A DNA stretch of 64,000 bases from Candidatus Versatilivorator sp. Its GTDB lineage: Bacteria; Acidobacteriota; Terriglobia; Versatilivoradales; Versatilivoraceae. A program made the position numbers and the translations under genes. The stretch covers positions 1,120,001 through 1,184,000 of the forward strand of contig OZ242296.1 in the NCBI GenBank assembly GCA_965207735.1, read 5' to 3'. Every line of letters starts with the position of its first letter. Within the stretch, counting starts at the first letter, position 1. The notes under the pieces are model-generated. The model worked only from the letters and a program-made list of their open reading frames with translations. It was not told the DNA's origin and did not search any database. Positions 59,676-64,000 of this stretch are shown piece by piece.

Positions 59676-61028
59676 ATGCATAGAGTCCTTCAAGTTTCCC
59701 TGTGGCTTACCCGATGGAGCGAGCGGTGGATGCCCAGCGCATTCTCAATCGCCGCCGGACTCACCCTGATCGTGTTCCTGGCAGGCTGGCTCGCAGGAGA
59801 AGCCTCCTTGCTGGACTGCATCCGGTACTGGGGGGATGGATTCTGGGTCCTGCTCGAGTTTGGCATGCAGATGTGCCTGATGCTGGTGGCCGGCTATCTG
59901 CTGGCCTCATCCCCCCTGGTGGGACGCCTGTTGAACCTGCTGACGTCGCAATTTCAGACTCCCCGGAATGCCATCGCCGGCCTGGCGCTGCTCTCCATGT
60001 CCTTGAGCTGGATCAACTGGGCGCTGGGAATCGTGGGTGGAGCCGTGCTGGCTCGCCTGTTCGCCCGGAAGATCCCCCAGCTCGACCTGCGTCTGATCGT
60101 TGCCGTGGCCTACCTGGGCCTGGGGTGCACCTGGCACGCGGGCCTTTCGGCCTCGGCACCACTGCTTGTCGCGACTCCGGGACATTTCCTGGAGGATGAG
60201 ATCGGGTTGATTCCCACCCACTTGACGATCTTTCACCCCTTCAACCTGCTCTTGACCGTGGTTGTCCTGATCAGCCTCACATTCCTGGTCTGGCAATTGG
60301 CCCGCTGGACACCGCTCTCCCCGTCGCAAGCCCACGCCCAGCGAGCCCGCCTGGGGGGCGACCAATCCCCCAAGGCGGCCGTGGCCGGAAGCGGCAGGCG
60401 GCTTTCCCTGGCATCCATACTGGACCGGGGCTATTGGCTCAACGGGTTGCTGGGTGCCTGCGGCCTAGCCTGGGTGGTGACGACCTGGTTGGACAACCAG
60501 CTCCAGGTAACCTTCAACAGCATCAATTTCCTGCTGCTGTTCCTCGGAATTGCGCTGCATCCCAACCCCGACTCGGTCAGCCGCTCGGCCAAGGAGGCGG
60601 TCTCCTTCGTTCACGGGATCATTCTGCAGTTTCCCTTCTATGCGGGCATGTTCGGCATCATGAAAGGCACCGGGCTCTCGGCGGTCCTGGGGAAGACCTT
60701 TGTCTCGATTGCCTCAGCCAGGACACTGCCTCTGCTGGTCTACTGGTACTCGGGCATCGTGAACTACTTTGTGCCTTCCGGGGGGTCCAAGTGGGCCATA
60801 GAGGCACCCTACCTGGTGGCGGCTGCCGAGAACCTGGGCGTTCCCATCCACCAGGTGGTTCTGGCCTATGCCTGGGGAGACATGGCCACCAACCTGCTTC
60901 ACCCCTTCTGGGCACTACCTCTCATTACCGCGACCGGTCTGGAGTTTCGGGAGATCCTGGGGTACGGCATCGTCATTTTTTGCTCCTACGTCAGCCTGGT
61001 GAGCCTTGCCATCTGGTTTTTCCTCTAA
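59676..61028 (+). CDS. atoE: Short-chain fatty acid transporter, AtoE family
   Basis: FGMQM, GLSASAPL, QFPFYAG, FVPSGG.KW, AWGD..TNL..PFWALP. Confidence 0.88.
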   Translation: MHRVLQVSLWLTRWSERWMPSAFSIAAGLTLIVFLAGWLAGEASLLDCIRYWGDGFWVLLEFGMQMCLMLVAGYLLASSPLVGRLLNLLTSQFQTPRNAIAGLALLSMSLSWINWALGIVGGAVLARLFARKIPQLDLRLIVAVAYLGLGCTWHAGLSASAPLLVATPGHFLEDEIGLIPTHLTIFHPFNLLLTVVVLISLTFLVWQLARWTPLSPSQAHAQRARLGGDQSPKAAVAGSGRRLSLASILDRGYWLNGLLGACGLAWVVTTWLDNQLQVTFNSINFLLLFLGIALHPNPDSVSRSAKEAVSFVHGIILQFPFYAGMFGIMKGTGLSAVLGKTFVSIASARTLPLLVYWYSGIVNYFVPSGGSKWAIEAPYLVAAAENLGVPIHQVVLAYAWGDMATNLLHPFWALPLITATGLEFREILGYGIVIFCSYVSLVSLAIWFFL

Positions 61029-61177
61029 GCCGGTGTTCCATGGCGGGAACATTAAACCGCATCGCTCACCAAGTCGCTGGATTTACAATGAAAGGCCATT
61101 TATTTTCAGCAACTTGTTGCATGCCTTGCGGTGACACACGGTGCTGGGCGCGCCCTGCGAAAAATACGGGTTAACCG

Positions 61178-61687
61178 GTGGGGACCGAAAACTCCATTAA
61201 CAACTCCGAAACCGACGGCTCGGTGTCCCGGCGCTATCCCTCTGCTCCCGTCTGCGCCGTCGGCGCCCTGATCTATCGAGGAAGCCGGATACTGCTGGCG
61301 CGGCGAGGGAAGGCCCCTTCCCTGGGGAAATGGTCGGTCCCCGGTGGACGTTTGCGCCTCGGAGAGACCCTGGAAGCTGCCGTCGTCCGGGAAACCCGGG
61401 AGGAAACCTGCCTGGTGGTCCGTCCATTGAAAATCGGCAAGGTGGTGGAACATCTCCTGAGGGATGAGCAGGGGGACATCGAGTACCACTACGTGATTGT
61501 CGACTATGTCTGCCGGATCGTTGACGGCTCGCCGCAGCCTGCCAGCGATGTCAGCGAAGTGCGGTTCGTGGAGATTTCCGAGCTATCCCAATGGGACATG
61601 ACCGAAGGCACGGCTCAAGTCATTCAAGAGGTTTTTGAACGCACCATCCGGACGGATGAAACCTCGAATCCCCTAAACTCCTGGTGA
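61178..61687 (+). CDS. Nudix hydrolase
   Basis: Nudix box GGRLRLGETLEAAVVRETREET. Confidence 0.9.
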   Translation: MGTENSINNSETDGSVSRRYPSAPVCAVGALIYRGSRILLARRGKAPSLGKWSVPGGRLRLGETLEAAVVRETREETCLVVRPLKIGKVVEHLLRDEQGDIEYHYVIVDYVCRIVDGSPQPASDVSEVRFVEISELSQWDMTEGTAQVIQEVFERTIRTDETSNPLNSW

Positions 61688-61697
61688 GCAATGCGGG

Positions 61698-63596
61698 TTA
61701 AGCGTCGGGGATGCTTGGAGAAGGAAACGCTTCAGCGGCTTCTTGGCGGGTCGCCTGACGAACGAACTCAATCCAGATGGGAAGGGCTGCCCTGCCTCCC
61801 GTCTCCCCTCTGCCCAGCGACCGCTTCTGATCGAAACCCACCCAGACTCCACAAGTGAGGCTGGGGGTGAGACCAATGAACCAGGCGTCGGTGTAGTCGT
61901 TGGTTGTCCCCGTCTTGCCCGCGACCGCCCGGTTGAGGGCGCGCGCCCGACGGGCCGTTCCCTCTGAAACCACGCTCTGCAGGAGGGCCACCATGGTTCT
62001 GGCGGTCTCCGGGGAAACTACGTCGCTCACCTCCGCCAGTTGCTCCTCTTGGGTTGCCCCCTCGTAATCGGTTACTTTCCGCAGGTAACGGGGTGTCACC
62101 CGAACCCCATCGTTTCCGAAGGCGCTGTAAGCCGAAGTCATTTCGAGCAGTGTCACCTCGGCGGCGCCAAGCGCCACCGGCAAATAGGGAACCAGAGCTG
62201 GACTGGTGATGCCGAATCGCCGGGCGGTCCGGAGCACCTTTTCAATACCGAATCGGTTCGCCAACCTGACTGCCGGGACATTGCGGGAGCGGGCGAATGC
62301 CCGTCTCAAAGGTATCGGGCCTTCAAACTTTCCATCGTAATTGCGGGGACTCCAAGGTGCGCCGCTATCGGGAAAGCTGATAGGAGCATCCTCAATCAGA
62401 TCCTCCGGCGTCATGCCCTCTTCCAAGGCGAGCGTGTAGACAAAGGGCTTGAAGGCGGAACCGGGTTGGCGGTAGGCCTGAGTGGCACGATTGAACTTGC
62501 TCTGCCCAAAATCACGTCCGCCCACCATGGCCTTGATTTCTCCACTGGCGTTGTCAATGGCCACGAGCGCTCCCTGCACCCTCGGCCTGACATTGGTTTC
62601 CACGCCTCTCCAGCCGTGCCTCCGATCATAGGCCTCCAAGCCATCTGCCAGTGCCTGAACGGCGGCCGCCTGCATTTCCAGGTTCAGGCTGGTATAGGCT
62701 CTCAAGCCTCTCTGGCTGACGGTCTGGAACCCGTAGGTTTCCGCCAGGTATTTTCGAACCTCCTCGGCGAAATAGGGAGCCAGCTCGCTTTCCCGGGAGG
62801 CAATGCGCAGCCCCAGCGGCTCCCGGCTGGCCGCCTCCGCCTTTTCCCGGGCGATCTTCCCCTCGGCCACCATTCGCCGCAGCACGTAGTTGCGGCGGAC
62901 GGTCACCCTTTCCTCCATTTGCATGGGAGACCCCAGGTGGGCGATTGCCGGAAGCGCGGCCAGCACCGCAATCCGATCCAGACTCAAGTCCTTCAGCCTC
63001 TTGCTGAAATAGAATCGAGCCGCCGCCTCGAATCCGAAGGTGCGGTGCCCCAGGGGCACCTGATTACTGTAGAGCGTGAGAATCTGCGCCTTGGTGTAGA
63101 AGCGTTCAATTTGAATGGAAAAGAGAAACTCCTGAAACTTTCGCTTGAAGCTCTTTTCGGCGGTCAGGAAACAGAGCCGACTCAACTGCTGGGTGATTGT
63201 GCTGGTGCCCCGGATCCTCCCACCTCCCATGGCCGCCTTGACCACGGCTCGAGCAACTCCGGCCACATCCACTCCCCAGTGCCACTCGAAGTTCTTGTCC
63301 TCGGTAGCGATGAGGGCATCGCGAAGCAGTTCCGGGATTTCCTCGTAGCTGACGACCACGCGGCGCTCCAGTGCAAAGGACCCGATGGTCCTTCCATCGT
63401 CCGAATAGAGTTCGGTGATGACGTTGGGACGGTAGTCCTGGAGCTCCTGGACTCGTGGCAGATCGCTCTTGTAAACGATCAGCAACCCGCTGAGCGCGCC
63501 GATTGCAATCGACATCAACAACATGAAGGCGAAGATCAGTCGGCCAAAAACACGACGGTCTCGGAAACGGAAGGAAAAGGAGGCTGGAAGCGGCAT
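61698..63596 (-). CDS. Penicillin-binding protein 1A family
   Basis: Transglycosylase EDKNF, STITQQL, KRK.QE; transpeptidase SAFK, SRN, KTG. Confidence 0.93.
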   Translation of the reverse strand: MPLPASFSFRFRDRRVFGRLIFAFMLLMSIAIGALSGLLIVYKSDLPRVQELQDYRPNVITELYSDDGRTIGSFALERRVVVSYEEIPELLRDALIATEDKNFEWHWGVDVAGVARAVVKAAMGGGRIRGTSTITQQLSRLCFLTAEKSFKRKFQEFLFSIQIERFYTKAQILTLYSNQVPLGHRTFGFEAAARFYFSKRLKDLSLDRIAVLAALPAIAHLGSPMQMEERVTVRRNYVLRRMVAEGKIAREKAEAASREPLGLRIASRESELAPYFAEEVRKYLAETYGFQTVSQRGLRAYTSLNLEMQAAAVQALADGLEAYDRRHGWRGVETNVRPRVQGALVAIDNASGEIKAMVGGRDFGQSKFNRATQAYRQPGSAFKPFVYTLALEEGMTPEDLIEDAPISFPDSGAPWSPRNYDGKFEGPIPLRRAFARSRNVPAVRLANRFGIEKVLRTARRFGITSPALVPYLPVALGAAEVTLLEMTSAYSAFGNDGVRVTPRYLRKVTDYEGATQEEQLAEVSDVVSPETARTMVALLQSVVSEGTARRARALNRAVAGKTGTTNDYTDAWFIGLTPSLTCGVWVGFDQKRSLGRGETGGRAALPIWIEFVRQATRQEAAEAFPSPSIPDA

Positions 63597-63762
63597 TGGA
63601 ATTTGGAAATTCCGCGCAGGACAATGCCAGAAGATAACAGACCCTGGCGTCTTGTCTCAGAAATAAGATTACCATCTCCGATGGAGGTTCCGCAGAGAAA
63701 GGCTCGGTTGGTCATTGATGGAACATGGACGCCGGATGTTATGGCCGGCAACTAATGGTTAT

Positions 63763-63793
63763 TTGACAGACACACGCTCAGATATTATATAGT
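63763..63793 (+). promoter_or_regulatory. Possible sigma70 promoter of dnaK
   Basis: TTGACA at 63763 followed by an AT-rich TATTATATAGT; the -10 register is ambiguous. Confidence 0.4.
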
Positions 63794-63856
63794 TTCCCGC
63801 TTGCGCAATCTGTCTGGAAAGTGCACTAAGTTACTGATTTTACAAATTGTCGTTGA

Positions 63857-64000
<144 letters not shown>

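Overview
High-GC bacterial chromosomal window, probably Acidobacteriota (inferred from the acidobacterial-type VWA protein and the BlaI/M56-carboxypeptidase-domain pair). Bases 1 to ~25.5 kb are a nested island of integrative elements with P4-like tyrosine integrases. It carries a ColE1-type mbeCABD mobilisation cassette with a candidate oriT, IS630 and IS1380 copies, an ORF-less group II intron, an HNH nuclease and a PRTase-DprA-HAD (ShosTA-like) operon. Bases ~25.8-64 kb are core genome: cysK-rrf2-cysHDN, SDR, class IV aminotransferase, RodZ-like, VWA, BMC shell plus aldehyde dehydrogenase, surface-glycan genes, amidase, glnA, purE, purD, larE, lysK, lysJ, dusB, flippase, atoE, Nudix, PBP1A and the 5' end of dnaK. 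Four observations stand out. (1) An ~11.2 kb element (13162-24331) is flanked by a 12-bp direct repeat lying inside another integrase gene and separates that gene from its catalytic His and Tyr; a second integrase remnant is broken at the same codons, while the invader's own integrase is recoded there. (2) An 866-nt RT-less group II intron sits precisely in a copy of the oriT hairpin, its EBS1 matches the flanking exon, and an empty allele of the target is in the same window. (3) A repeated ~430-bp non-coding module has copy-specific, co-varying octamer repeats and inverted repeats. (4) The ShosTA-like locus is split into three genes. All calls come from reading the sequence and ORF translations by eye; no searches were run.
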